Source: Scyliorhinus canicula
Taxonomy: Eukaryota
Direction of reading: 5' to 3'
NCBI RefSeq assembly: GCF_902713615.1
Contig: NC_052152.1
Span: 47,777,810-47,841,809 of the forward strand
DNA length: 64,000 bases
Shown: positions 49,389-62,990 of the stretch, piece after piece
How positions within the stretch are numbered: the first letter of the stretch is position 1
How the letters are laid out: each line of letters opens with the position of its first letter
Notes under the pieces: model-generated
The model's input: the letters and a program-made list of their open reading frames with translations, nothing else
The model's database searches: none
Told to the model about the DNA's origin: nothing
Program-made: the position numbers and the translations under genes

Positions 49389-50160
49389 TGGGCGCAGTTT
49401 AATAGCCTCGTCGCGCCAGACCTGGTGACGTGCCAAGGCCATTGAATCTCGCAAGACGTCTCTTGCAAGATTCATGACACTCAACATATCTCCTGAGCTT
49501 CAATGAAATGGCTAATTTAAATATGTCTGCACCGTATTGTCCAAGGGCCTGGAAACTAAGGGCCCTACCTGGGAGACCTCACCAGGGCGCTGTTTAGTAC
49601 TGGCCCACACAAACAAGAACCAGGTGTAACAGCACCTTGGGGGGGGGGGTCTCTTAGGCTGTTGGAGATCCCTGGGTAGTCGGGTTCTGGGCAGGTTGGT
49701 ACCCTGGAACTCACATTGGCGCCTGGGCACCTTGGCACTGTCAGCCTGGCATATTGGCACTGCCACCCGGGCACCCTGGTAATGCTACCTTGGCATTGCC
49801 AAGGTGCCAGGCTGGCAATGCCCAAGTGCCTGGGTGCCAGATTGCCTGGGCCAGGGGTTGGGCCCAGAGTTGCCTTTCCCTTAAGAGGTGGGGTGAGGGG
49901 GGTCGAGGACCCTGTAAGAGATGAGTTGAGTGCAGTAGGGTATCCAGAGGCCACGGTAGAGTGGTTGAGGAGGGGGGGTCAAACGATCAGGGCTCGCCAG
50001 TACAGGAAATGATATGAGTGCAACCTCGATGGCACATTTTCGCCAAGGTCAAAAAAACCGGCAATATGCCGTTAAAAAGCCGTGTCTTTGTGGGACACCG
50101 AGAAACACCCCTCTAAATGCGTCCGAAACGGGACTCTGTTTTTGTCCGTTAAATCGCATA
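49389..50160. mobile_element. MITE-like element with TGGCA/TGCCA internal repeats
   Basis: Imperfect TIR GCGCAGTTTAA / TTAAATCGC; repetitive core. Confidence 0.6.
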
Positions 50161-50170
50161 TAAATACTAC

Positions 50171-50892
50171 GGGCGGGATTCCCTGATCCCCCGCCGGGTT
50201 GGAGAATCCTTGGGGGGGGGGTGGTATGAATCCCGCCCCGCCACTCCGACGCCAGCTGCCGTATTCTCCGGTGCTGGTTTTCGGGCGGGGATTACGCCAC
50301 GTCGGTCGGGGGCCGTTGGCAGCAGCCCCCCCGACAATTATCCGGGCCTCGGTGGGCCGAGCGGCCGTCAGTTTCTGGCCAGTCCCGCTGGCGTGGATTG
50401 GACATGGTCCCACCTGGCGGTACCTGGCAGGAATGTTGGCTGGTGCAGTCCTCGGGGGGGGGGGGGGGGGGGGGGGGGCGGGGGTTCCGAGCCCGGTGGG
50501 GTGAGGGGAGGGGGGGTGCCATGGTGGCCTGGCCCGCGATCGGGGCCCACCGATCTGCAGGCAGGCCTGTGCCGTGGGGGGCACTTCTTCCTTCAGCACC
50601 GGCCCCTGGAGGCTCCGCCATGGCAGGCGCAGAGAAGATACCCCCCTGCGCATGCGCCAGAATACGCCAGCCGGTGTGCGCATGCGCTGAACCACGCTGG
50701 CGGTTCTGTGCATGCGCTAACTCACGCAGTCCCTTCGGCGCCGGCTGGCGTGGCGACAACCCATCCGGCGCCGGACTAGCCTCCGGACTTACGGAGAATT
50801 ACGCTACTTCCGGTCGGCCCGACACCGGAGTGATTTGCGCCGTTTTTTCCGCCAGCATAGGGCCACCTTGCTGATTCGGGAGAATCCCGCCC
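50171..50892. mobile_element. GC-rich Harbinger-like MITE
   Basis: TIR GGGCGGGATTC / GAATCCCGCCC; three (G/T)GCATGCGC motifs at about 50648-50717. Confidence 0.82.
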
Positions 50893-51893
50893 AACAAATG
50901 AGAAACAAATACACAGCAGGCAAGTATTACTTCTTGAGAAAAGAAAGTTTCATGTTTTGAACAGAAGCCTTTTTGAGAAGAAATGTTCCAAAGAAGGATT
51001 CTGTCTTTAAACATTAACTTATATTTTCTCTCCAATGGTATCAGAGTGAGACCAGTTGCATAGCAGTTGTGAGTTTCTTGCTTATGAACTATTAATACAC
51101 TCTGGACAACTCAGTGAGTCTGAGGTGCAGCTGCTGCCAGAATCAGCTGATACAGGAGGAAAAGTGAGGTTCCTGTTGCAAAGGAGCTAAAGATTTTGAA
51201 TATAGATTTCTGAAAATGGGAAATACTTTTAAAGGGTTTCATTTTTACAATTCTCTGCTGCAGTAGTTGCTTCTCATGTTTCTGCTAAGGTCACGCTCCA
51301 GGCAAATTTTCCACCCAGCCTTTTATTAGCACTTAGGGCTACTCAGAATAGCAATGGTATTCCCAATAGGCAGATTCTATTGAACCATTACCATGGAAGA
51401 GTAGCAGCACCAGAAGTTGGAACAAAGGAGACTCAGGCAACATTTACTGAACCATAGAATCCCAACAGTACAGAAGGAGGCCATTCAGCCCATCGAGTCT
51501 ACACCAACCACCCGAAAGAACACCCCATGTGGGTTTTGCTTAATGGGAGCATCGTGGACGAATTTCACTTGCAAGAAAATAGAGTAACCTAAGGTACAGC
51601 TAGAAGTTGGGGAGTGTGTGCCAATTCTCATGAAGTAAGAGATGTGTAGGTAGAAGCTTGTTAAAGTGCAGGAAGGGGTATCAGGGTCATAAATATATGC
51701 AATTGCTGGGTTCAAGATGCCAAATTAGACTCTCCATTATCGGAGAGAATTGTGGAAGTGTTGCTTTAAGAGAGTGAACTCTGTGCTGGATCTCAGGGTG
51801 GGCAAGGAAGAAAAGAAAAATGGGTCCGCTAAGGCAGAAATTGTAGTAATGGTTTCAAAGGGAGAAATCACTTTGCTTCTAGTATGTCCTTTA

Positions 51894-52096
51894 TTTTTTT
51901 TATATAAATTTAGAGCACCAAATTCTTTTTTCCAGTTAAGGGGCAATTTAGCGTGGCCAATTCACCTCCCTGCTCATCTTTTTGGGTTGTGGGGGTGAGA
52001 CCCACGCAGACACAGGGAGAATGTGCAAATTCCACATGGCCAGTGACCCAGAGCCGGGATGGGACCCTGGTCCTCGGCGCCATGAGGCAGCAGTGT
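51894..52096 (-). mobile_element. tRNA-derived SINE
   Basis: TSD TAGTATGTCCTTTA on both sides. Confidence 0.88.
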
Positions 52097-53429
52097 AGTA
52101 TGTCCTTTATACCTTAATATTTTCTTCAATATTTTCTTGTCTAATGCCTACCCATGGTGAAAGTATGGTGCATATGTCATCTATGACCTAATCTTATGCT
52201 CCTTCTAAATTATAATTTATAAGAGGAATAATTGGCAGCTGATTGATGGAGACGTGACATTGGTGTGGCCATGGGTGCACACTGAAAATGATTGCAACGG
52301 CTCATGTTAATTGGAGAATTAAAAATTAAATGATTTACAGAGTTCACAGATAGATAAGTGCATTTCAATGGAGATTCCAAAATGAATATCATTCATGTCA
52401 GAATCTAAAGAAACCAGGTCAAAGAATACACAAATGAACAGTGTACAAAAAAATTCAAGCGCTACAAGATGTTTTGATTCTTATGAACAGCTATTTATCA
52501 AGAAATATGTATTTAATAGATAGATATATAATTATCAATTTTACACATTTGATGTTTGAAATACAATTTGCACTTAACATAATGTTAACAATTTTTTGTT
52601 ACAAAATCATTACATGTTCTTGTTACAGTTCCTTGAAGTCCAACTTTCAAATATAAGTGCAAGGAAACAGTTTCATCATCGCAGCTGCCAATCTCGGTTA
52701 CAGCTACACATGGCTCTAAGTTCTCAATCTTACTTGCTTTTTCTCTAGCTAACTAGACAATGTAAGAACCACAATTTCACTATCTGATCACATATTTTAA
52801 ATGTGTGTCATCCTATCAAATAGGATAAATGTAATTCTGTTATCTGGTTGCTTAGTTTATCTTCCAATTCAGCTCATCTAATTGTGGTATCCATTGTAAT
52901 TTATTCTGCTGTACAGTACAGGTCATTAAATGTCAATCTTAAGAAACATAAATAAAAAGAACAGGCATTGCATGTAATATAAACTCTAGTTGAAAGTGAT
53001 GGACTAATTTCAATTTGATAGTATTTGTTATTGCTGCCTCATCAATCTTACAAATGCCACACAGTTCCATTAACATTGTCTCATTGATGTCAAACCCTTC
53101 CATTAGTAAATCATCATTAATGTTAAAATGCTTTATTGTGGTTGTCTCACCGATCTCACGTTATACCATTACAGTTGTCAAACTGCTTCAACATCAGACT
53201 CACATTGAAGGAATACCACTGCTAGCCTTGTAATGTTCTGCCGCTCGATCACACTGTCATTAGCTATTATTGGGTTTCACCTTCCCTTTTGTCAATGTTA
53301 GGTTGTTTTATTCTCGCCGAATCATTTTTGTATCACCACTGTCTCATCAATATAATACATTAGACTGCTACTAAGCAATCATTTGTTATTATTACATCCA
53401 AAAAATATTTCTGTTTTTCTTCTTAGGCA

Positions 53430-54245
53430 GTGTTGAGGATGACTTTCTTCCACTCTGGTTTTATGGATCATGTAGTGCTTGAAAGTTTGGGTAGATGGGT
53501 TGTTTGGAGGTTTGGGCGCTCCCTCCTATACCTTGACTTTGTCTATGTTCCCACTGACATCTCTCAATGTGTTCAGTGCCTCCCCAATGAGCATTTCCCA
53601 TTAGTTTGGCCATATGCCAAGACCTCCCATGAATCAGCTAGAACGTTTGACCTCTTCAGAGATGCTTTGAGAGTCTCCCTCAAGGGTTTATGCAGTCTTT
53701 CTGGGTGTCCCCTGCTGCAACCAAGTTCCAAGTAGAGCAGTTGCTTCAGGAACCTATTGTTAGACACAAACGACGTGTCCCACCCTGCAGAACTGGTTTA
53801 GCATGATTAGTGCCACAATGCTGGGCATGTTGGCTGTAACCTTCCTGCTGGACCACCCTTCTTGCCAATGGATTTAGAGGATTTAGTAAACACTGCTGGT
53901 AGTGCTTCTCCAGTGCTTTGAGGTGCCTTCTGTAGGTTGGCCAAGTCTCTGAACCAACCAACCACAGTTTATGGCCATTCTCGACCTCACAAAAGCCTTT
54001 GACTCTCAATCACAAAGACTTATGGAATATCCATTCTCACCATCCTCCACCAACTCCACAATGACATGCAAGCTACAATCCTCACCAATGGAACCCTCAC
54101 AAACCCTATCTCACTCAAAACTGCAGTCAAACAAGGCTGTGTCATTGCACCAACTTGCTTCATTTTCTTTGCTGAAATACTGTACCTCACCTCCAGCAAA
54201 TTACCTCCAGGCATGAAGTTAATCTTCAGAACAGATGGGAAACTT
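53430..54245. mobile_element. RTE-clade LINE remnant with inverted 5' part
   Basis: Minus strand: GSETWPTYRRHLK, KQLLYLEL. Plus strand: LDLTKAFDS, VKQGCVIAPT. Confidence 0.75.
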
Positions 54246-55939
54246 CATATATTTCTACTGCACACATCTCACCATGATATTTTATTTATAGCTCTCTTTA
54301 TATTTCATTCTTTTTTCATTTTCTCTCCACCTTTCTGGATGTCACTGACTGCTGATTATAGGTTTATAATGTGAGTTCTATTTTGCTATCGTGGGTATTA
54401 ATTTACAGTACTACCATTATCTTACAACTTCTATAACTTTCTATTATTAATGCTCCAATGTATGACATAATATCCTATTTTCGCTATTACCCATTCATAC
54501 TACCTATTGTCCATATAATCATAACATCAAATGCCTAACACCGTATCACATTACTGTCTTTGCGTCAGCAAGTTAAAGGCAGCATTAGCCTTAATACTGG
54601 AAGTGAAAGATAATTTGATACAAGCAGCAGTATAGTGCTTGTTTTTACCAAACTTCAGCATCGCAGTTAGATGTCTTTCAATTCTTAAAAACAGGAAATG
54701 GCTGTCAACTCCAGAGAGTTAGTTTTTTTTTTAATATCAGAGTCATCTATCAGTGTGTTCCCCGTCCTTTCTCTCTCCAGAAACACCATTGTCTCTTGAA
54801 CCACTTTATGCTGTCTATTTCAGTGGCTTTCCTTGGCAACTTACTCCACAACACTATTACCCTGAGGATGAAAAAGTTCATACTTCTCATTCTTATCTTC
54901 CGATTTATTTAACTTGTGCCTTCTCCTTTGCCATTTCGATTCATAATGTTGAAGACTTCAATTTGATTTTATTAAAGTTTCCCTTCTGCGCAAAGAAAGC
55001 AAGTTCAATCTCTCTGGCTTCTCCTCATAACTTAAATTCCTGACACCCAGTGTCAACTTGGTTGCTTTCTACTTTTCCAACAATAAAATCCATTCTGTAG
55101 TGTTAAACTACAATGTAATTAAACATGTGTAACATGATGCAATAATCACAGAGATGCAATACGATAGCATGTTACCACTAGTGACATTGTTTACTTCCAG
55201 AACCATATTCCTACTTAATTTAATAGACCTCGCGTCTGACAAAATTTAAAACTGCAACAGACTTTCCATATGATTGGTGTAATTGTCATGTTAATGCAAA
55301 ATAAATAATCTGTGTTTGCAGCAGTGATGTTGCATAGGGATAACCCATTGTTGTAACAGTGCGAATTTCCTTGAAAGATTCTGAAAGGTTCTTTGTGCTG
55401 TCATCAACTTCTCCAACATTGTTTTTGATAGTTCGTGACTCCTTCTCTAATTCCTTGGGTTTGTTGAAATATATTGACCCAGAATATAATTTTGAAAACA
55501 TACAGATGTTTGTGCAATCACAACTTTAATGACCTTTCAAGTACACAAGATTCTTTAGCTTTTGTTATATGGCAACTGTTGAAAGAATGCAGTTGTTAAA
55601 TTGTGCATCCATAGGCCATTCTGTTTCACCTTGTTGTTTTCTTTCTGATTTTATTTCCTGTACCTTATTCTGTAGCATTTCTAGGCTTGCATTCATTTAA
55701 AAAAAAATAATGTGTATCTCATTTTATAGAAAATCCAGGGATTGGCCGGCCATGATAAAACTATTCTCCTAATGTACCTCAGTTTTGGCAATGCTTCAAT
55801 GTCCTGAATTGTCATTTGGGTAGTTTTCTAGGTGTAATATTGAGTTCTAATTTTTGATACAGACAGCAACAGCATAACTTACATTTTGCACCAACAGCAA
55901 TTCACAAAAGTGCTGGGACTATTTGAAAATATTGCACTG

Positions 55940-57350
55940 TTAAGAATTTATAGCATTATCTACAATGGTGCCATCAACAAGGTTTCTTGAATTTATTGAA
56001 GTGTTGGAGGACATTTCTTCTGTTTTTCTGGCATATTCTTTGCTACCATCCAATGACTCAAGAGTTCCTGATCCATTGTTTCCCATTATCTTGCACCGCG
56101 TGTCATTTCCTGTATCGCAATTCTGAAGAGGGATCAAAACATTGTGCTTCATCAAAAAATCATCGCTATATTTGGCTTCCACTGAATTTCGCCTCCTCAT
56201 GCTCCTGCTAACAGTTGCATATCTTCCAGTTTCCTCAAAACTTAGGGATAAGGTGACAGTTCCGCTGCCAAAACTGACCTTCTGCTTACTGCACCTTGGT
56301 ATCTCCATGGTGATTGGTTCATCATGGGCGTTTCTGCTACAGATTGAAGATGATGGAGAAGAGACAGTTGAACCACCAATACTATTGGACCTCTTACGGG
56401 ATAAGGTACTGCGTCGCAAAGTTGCCCTGGCTGCTACTTTAAAAGCATGGGCAGCTGTACTACATCTCACTTCTTCAATGGTATTTCTTGATGGTTTAAA
56501 CAAAATTATATAGCATTTGTTAAAATAAATGCATCCAAGCAACCCAAAACTTGATGCAAGTATGGCAATGACTTCAACAGCTGAAACAAATTTCCCGTAA
56601 GTGCTCACATAAGCAGGGATGAATGAGATCCAGACTATGAAAAATATCAGCATGCTGAAAGTAATAAATTTGGCCTCGTTGAAATTCTCTGGGAGTTTGC
56701 GAGACTTAAAGGCAAAAAAGAAGCAAATGGCAGCAAGGAGGCATGTGTAACCGATGAGAAACCCAAGCGCCATCAGAGAACCTTCATCACACGTAATAAA
56801 ATTATTTCATCTTCTAGTTCATGGTTTCTGTAGCTTGAAGGGGGTGCTGTATAAAGCCAGATGACACAAGTAACTATTTGCACAAGAATACAGAGGAAAA
56901 CCAGTAAGAATTGCAAATTGAGGCCCACCCACTTTCGATGAAGGCTGGTTGGGATCTTTGCCTCGAAGACTAATAGTACGCGATTCGTTTTCACCAGAAT
57001 GCAAGAAATGCACAGCACAAAGCTGATTCCAAACGCAGGCTGACGCAATCTACAAGTCCAATCTCTTGGTTCTCCAATAAAAATCAATGAGCTGGAAAAG
57101 CAGCAGATTAAGGAGAAGAGGAGGAGATAGGACAGTTCTCTGTTAGTGGCTTTCACAATAGGAGTATTTCTGAACTTAATGAATACGCCCAAAACAAAGG
57201 AAGTCATCAGTATTCCTAGAATGGCAAATATTGTCAGAGCAATTCCAAAAGGTTCAGTCCATGATAGGTATTCAATCTCCTTGGCAATGCATGATGTATG
57301 ATTCTCATTTGACCAAAAATCATTGGGACACTTTGTGCATGCACTTGCAT
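55940..57350 (-). CDS. CASR: Calcium-sensing receptor last exon (end of Cys-rich domain, 7TM, C-tail), with an apparent 1-bp deletion at 56798-56801
   Basis: [80 protein letters not shown]. Confidence 0.95.
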
Positions 57351-57675
57351 CTAAAGGAGAAAACACAGTAAACAATGAATCAAGTATAGTCAATTATTTC
57401 TTTGGTGCAAATAGGCCTTCAAAGCATTAGCTCTTTACTCAATGAAAGTGAGTAATCATTCTATACTGCCTTATTTCCGTTCAAAGACATTATTGCCACT
57501 TTATTATTAGTTTTCTTACTTCCTAGTTGGGCTTTAAGAATGATGAATATTATATTATTACATTTTCAACATCTAATGTAGTTTGTTCACTAACAACCTT
57601 TTGCATCTCAGTAGTATCAGTCACCTTCTCCCCACTACTTATATTCTAACCTATATGAGGCTGTGCTCAGCTATC

Positions 57676-58777
57676 GGCCAGGATTCTCCATTTGAGAGAC
57701 TCAGTGCTGATGACGGGACTGAATCGCGAAGTTCTACGCTGATGAAAGCGGTGCCGGTCCCGGAGTGATTCAGGACACTTTAATGGGCTAGTACCGATGT
57801 CACATTGATCTAGTGCAATTCCACACCACATCGGCGTCTGATTCACTGGGGTCAGACTCAACACAGGAGAGCCTGCCAGGCTGCAGCCGCATATAAGCAC
57901 CCCACTCCCCATACACATTCCAGTCAAGGTGATGCCACCCGAAGAGTGACCCTGGGATTCGCAGATACGGATCTGGAGACATTGCTGAATGGTGTGGTCG
58001 TGGGACTCTGACCCCCCACCCGTCCCTGCCAGCAAGGGTACCTGTGGCTGGCACCGTCCTGCACTCTGCCATGGTATCTACTCTGGGTGTCCCGCCAGTA
58101 GGGCTGCGTCTCGCTGTGGGGGGGGTGGGGGGGGGGGGGGGGAGCAGAGTCTGTGGGCTCCTCGGGGGACTGCCCTCGGGGAGGCATCCATACAGCCGGT
58201 GGCGCTCTGCCTAACTACGGGCCATGGTGGGAGGTCAGTGGAGTGCGCTGCAATATGGCTGCTTGCAGGCCACAGCAATGAAATGTTGGTCCGTGCCTGA
58301 ACATGCTGGCCCTGGCGGTCACCCCGATTCCACTGTACATCCCCCGGCTGCCACTCAGTGCTCTCCCCAGCCCTGGCAGTCACCCCTCCCCCTAGCTAGC
58401 AGCCGGACTGGCAGCCCACGGTTGCGGCTTGGGAACATGTCCTACCTCCTCTCTCTTGCCCTCAGCAGTCTTGGCACCTAGTTCCCAATTTTAAATACCA
58501 AAAGTGAACCTCGCCTTTGGTGATTCCTCCTGGTGGAGGCGGAACATCGCTGGAGGCCCGGAGAATGCAGGGGCGGTCCCAATAATGATATGCCGACGGC
58601 GTTTACTGTTCAATTTGCATGCCCAGGCCGGTGTTTAACGGAGAACACATTCACACCGCTGTCGAGACACCGGAACATGGCATTCTTTGCGGCACCCGGC
58701 GCCGATCTTGATATTCAGCTGACGCGATTCCCCGCCCAATCGCAATTCTGGTGTCGCTGGAAGGAGAGTTCCACCGA
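57676..58777. mobile_element. GC-rich MITE-like element in the last CASR intron
   Basis: GGCCAGGATTCTCC start, GGAGAGTTCCACC end, GC-rich interior with poly-G. Confidence 0.6.
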
Positions 58778-59098
58778 TCATGCCTGACCTCAACAATCTC
58801 CAATAGGTCTGCTGGTGGGTCACTCAGCCATCTACAGCCCCGCATTAATATGACATTTGTTGGGCCTTAGGCATTAATGGGCCAGTCAAGCTGTTGCTTC
58901 CCGATTTATACCTACAGGCTGCCCAATCTCCTTCAAATGTACCAGGTTATCTTTGCATTGATGTAAGGCAGGTCAATTGTAATATTTTCATTTTAGTTTC
59001 TATATTTCTGGAGGCAGAACTCTCAGAGATTTGGACTTGCATGTTCTATATCAACCTCTATTACAAGCATATCCAAGAAAACAGGCAGTATAGCTTAC

Positions 59099-59222
59099 CA
59101 CTTTCATCACTAAATTCTCCTTCTGCACATGCTACACACTCAAAGCAGCAGGTGCGTTCCCCTTCAATTATCCCCTTCCTGGTGCCTGGCACACAATCAC
59201 GACTGCAGTTAGAAAAAGGGAC
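59099..59222 (-). CDS. CASR: CASR exon 6 equivalent (124 bp)
   Basis: ccag|[42 protein letters not shown]|gtaagc. Confidence 0.96.
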
Positions 59223-59431
59223 CTGGAAAGGTAAATACAATTTTTCAAAGTTAAAACTTTGATTGAATTGTTTCATTAAAATCTTTAGAGTTGAATTTGC
59301 GGTTAGTGAGTGGGAGATCTTCCACATAAATTCATTCTCAATGTTTCTATTCCTCCTTGTTACATTACTTAATATTTCATTTCACTCAAGAAATTCTTCA
59401 ATTGAAAAGATTTCTGAAATATAGCTTTATA

Positions 59432-59737
59432 GCTGCACGGTGGCACCGTGGGTAGCACTGCTGTCTCACAGTGTGAGGGACCTGGATTTGATTCCGACCT
59501 TGGGTGACTGTGTAGAGTTTGCACATTCTCCCCATGTCTGCATGGGTTTCCTCGCACAATCCAAAGATGCGCAGGTTAGGTGGATTGGCCATGCTAAGTT
59601 TTCTCTTGGTGTCCAAAAGGTTATGTGGGGTTACGGGTTGCCAGGGAGTGGGCCTAGGCAGAGTGCACTTTCAGAGGGTAGGTGCAGACTCAATGGGCTG
59701 AATGGCCTCCTTCTGCACTGCAGGAATGCTATGATTC
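59432..59737 (+). mobile_element. tRNA-derived SINE with CR1-like tail
   Basis: V-domain; GAATGGCCTCCTTCTGCACTG tail. Confidence 0.85.
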
Positions 59738-60024
59738 TGTTCCTTTGCTGTCATCTCAGCCCCATTTACATTGCAAATAGATTTGGTAGCTATTTGTATG
59801 TGACATTCGCCCATATACAGCAATTCAAAGCAACTGAGTGTTCAGGAATTTTGTGCATATGTACAAAGTTAGTACAAAATTCTTGGAATTTTTCCATTTA
59901 AACCTGCATATTCCCTATTGTTTTAACCAAGGTCTTCACAGCCTAAACAGAACATTGCTGCCATGAATACTCAGATGTCAGTTAGCTGCAGACATGCCCA
60001 GCATCATATTTGTCATAATTGTGT

Positions 60025-61500
60025 TCACCAGGCCTCTTGGGTTGTAAGTACCCAGGCAAAACCGTTTCTTAATTTTACAAAGTTGTCTTCAAGTGTTCTA
60101 CTGCTATTAAAGGTGGTTCTGTAAATTAATTGTGGTACTGGCAATTGAGACTGACAAATTAGAGACACTGGAGGGGCCAAGAGAGGTAGTGGTGAAGTAG
60201 AACTGGGTGTGGTCAGCGTACGTGTGCAAACTGTTGTGTTATTGGATGATGTTAATGAAAGGCAGCATGTAGATAAGAAATAAGAGGCGGTCATGGATAG
60301 ATTCTTGTGGGACATTAGACATAACCTTGCCGGAGTGGGGAGAGAATTCATTGCAGATGATCTCCAGGTTACAATTGGATAGACAAGAATGGAACCAAGT
60401 GAGAGCATTCTCACCCAGCGGGATGACAGTGGAGAACCATTAGAGGAGGATGGTGTGATTAACTGAGTCAAAGGCTGCAGGCAGATCAAGAAGGATGTGG
60501 AGGGAACGGTACCTTTGTCAAATCACTTAGAATTTCATTTGCGACTTTGCGAAGAGCAGTTTTTGGTACTGTGGTTGGGGTAGAAATCTGATTGGAGTTC
60601 AGGGAAAGATGGGCATGGATTTCGGTGGCAGAAACACTTTCAAGGACATTGAGAGGAAAGGGATTTGGAATGGGATAGTAGTTTGCAAAGGGGTTTTGAT
60701 AACAGCAAATTTAAAGGAGTGAAGAGCGAGAACTATCAGCTAACATGGGAACCAGAAAGGAGGTTGAGTGGTCAGAGGTTTTATGGGAATAGGGACCAAA
60801 GAGCAGAAGGTGCATTCATGGACAAGATGAATGAAAATGAAAATGAAAATCGCTTATTGTCACGAGTAGGCTTCAATGAAGTTACTGTGAAAAGCCCCTA
60901 GTCGCCACATTCCGGCGCCTGTCTGGGGAGGCTGGTACGGGAATCGAACCGTGCTGCTGGCCTGCTTGGTCTGCTTTAAAAGCCAGCGATTTAGCTCAGT
61001 AAGTTGAGAGACAAAGACTAGAGAAAGATACTAGGTCAGGACTGGGGGAGCATTAAAGGAAACATTAAAGGGCGAGCATTAAATGGTTAGAGGAAGAGAA
61101 GGAAGTGGCTGAGGCAGATGATTCAATTATCTCAATCTTGGTGGCAAAGAAGTCAATAAATTCCTCATTTTTTGTTGGAGAAGAGGGTGAGGAGATAAGG
61201 GAAAGAGTTTTAACAAGGTAATCTGCAGTGGGGAAATCAGGATGGGGGTATCTTTGGATTCCAGAATGATTCTGGAATAATGAACAGCTCCAGCAGATGA
61301 GACAGTATCCAACGGTGCCTTCAACCAGATCCGAAAGTAAATGGCTAAACTAGTTGTCTACCATGTCCGTTCAGTTCTGTGCTCCAACTGGACTCAAGGA
61401 ACATAGATGAGGGCTGTACTGAGGGAACGAACCAGCTGAGAGATGATAATGGGTTCAATGGAAAATAGAGTTTTAAAGGTTGAGATGAAGGTCTAAATGA
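60025..61500 (-). mobile_element. Degenerate L2 LINE, with a short SINE inserted at about 60828-61000
   Basis: L2-like RT remnants; SINE with a (GAAAAT)n tail. Confidence 0.6.
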
Positions 61501-61619
61501 TCAGAGTAGAGGCTGCAAAAATGTTGTGGTGAATGGAGGGTCAAAGACTAGACATTTGGGATTTTGAGCATGCATAAGTGAATTGTGAGAGACAAAATAC
61601 AAATTTTGTCTGACAATCA

Positions 61620-61806
61620 GGGGCTGGTTTAGCACACTGGGCTAAATAGCTGGCTTTTAAAGCAGACCAAGGCAGGCCAGCAGCACGGTTCAATTCCCGT
61701 ACCAGCCTCCCCGAACAGGCGCCGGAATGTGGCGACTAGGGGCTTTTCACAGTAACTTCATTGAAGCCTACCTGTGACAATAAACAATTTTAATTTTTTC
61801 ATTTTT
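61620..61806 (+). mobile_element. Short tRNA-derived SINE
   Basis: GGGGCTGGTTTAGCAC head; same family as 21328 and 60828. Confidence 0.82.
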
Positions 61807-62236
61807 CAAATGACAGCATACGATGAAAAAAGTTCCAGGTCATTGTGCATCAGAATACTATCCCAGTCTATGCCATATCTCTATGTAGTGGAAGCAACTT
61901 GAAATTAAATTCCAATATGGTTTGGGAAAATAGCAATTGTGGTAAATATTGAACAATTGTCATTAGCAGAAAGATAAAGGATTATGTTTTGACAAGTGTT
62001 AATATGTACAGTCATCTATTGAAATATATTCAGGTATATTTCCCTCTGAATAAAATCAAAAAGAAATAGTTTTACTAATCTGTCATAAACCAATGAGAGG
62101 TTTTTACAAAACTTATTTTTCCTAACCTTGCCTCCAGGAGAGGTATCACCACTATGAATGAAAATTAGTGAAATTTTTAATCTGGCAAATAGTATGTAGG
62201 ATAAAATAAAATGTATGATTAAAATTAATCACATAC

Positions 62237-62467
62237 CACTTTTGAGAAGCCACTCCACAAGATTTTCTTTTCATTTATGTTGAGTCTGTCACTTGGTTTA
62301 GCATCTGCATTGTAGTTGCCAACTTCGTGAAATACTACAGATTCATCCTCAGGGGACAATTGCCAGTTGATAATGGTATAATTTCCTTTGAGGTCACCTT
62401 GCTCATCAAAATCGACCTGCTCGCCCATGCTGTTTGTAAACTTCAAATGCAACAGGTGATTGAGAAC
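62237..62467 (-). CDS. CASR: CASR exon 5 equivalent (231 bp)
   Basis: ctag|[38 protein letters not shown]...ILWSGFSKV|gtatgt. Confidence 0.96.
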
Positions 62468-62596
62468 CTAGGTAGCAATGTGAAAATCATTGTAGCAAAC
62501 CTCGCACGTTTAATACATTTAAGCGCACTAGTTTATATCCCATGGTGTTGCTCGATAGAAATGTGTTTAAAAAGCCTGTGTATTTTATTACTATGG

Positions 62597-62990
62597 CAAT
62601 AGTGTCATTGTGGTAATAACACTGGACTAGTAATCCAGAGGTCCAGGCTAAAGTTCTGAGGACAGGGGTTCAATGCTCACCACGACAGCTAGTGGAGTTT
62701 AAATTCAATTCATAACCTGGAGGCGAAAAGCTGGTCTCATTGGTGGTGATTGCCGTATTACCATTTGGCCATTGATGATGGTCATAAAAATCCATCTGGT
62801 CCACTCATCCTTTAGGGGAGGAAATCTGAAGTCCTTACCTGGTCTGGCCTACATGTGACACCAGACCCACAGCAATATGGCATGCCAATGGTTTGAAGTG
62901 GTGTGGCAAGCCACTCAGTTCAAGGGCAATTAGGAATGGGCAACAAATGCTGGTCTTGCCAGTGATGTCCACATTCCATGAAAGAATAAA
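62597..62990 (+). mobile_element. DeuSINE (SacSINE1-like)
   Basis: tRNA head, CCTTACCTGGTCTGGCCTACATGTGAC core, L2-type tail. Confidence 0.7.

Noticed and set aside
56773-57393. ORF-track split suggesting two separate GPCR genes
   Set aside because: A single CASR exon broken by a 1-bp deletion; the N-terminal MTILDS.. part is intronic.
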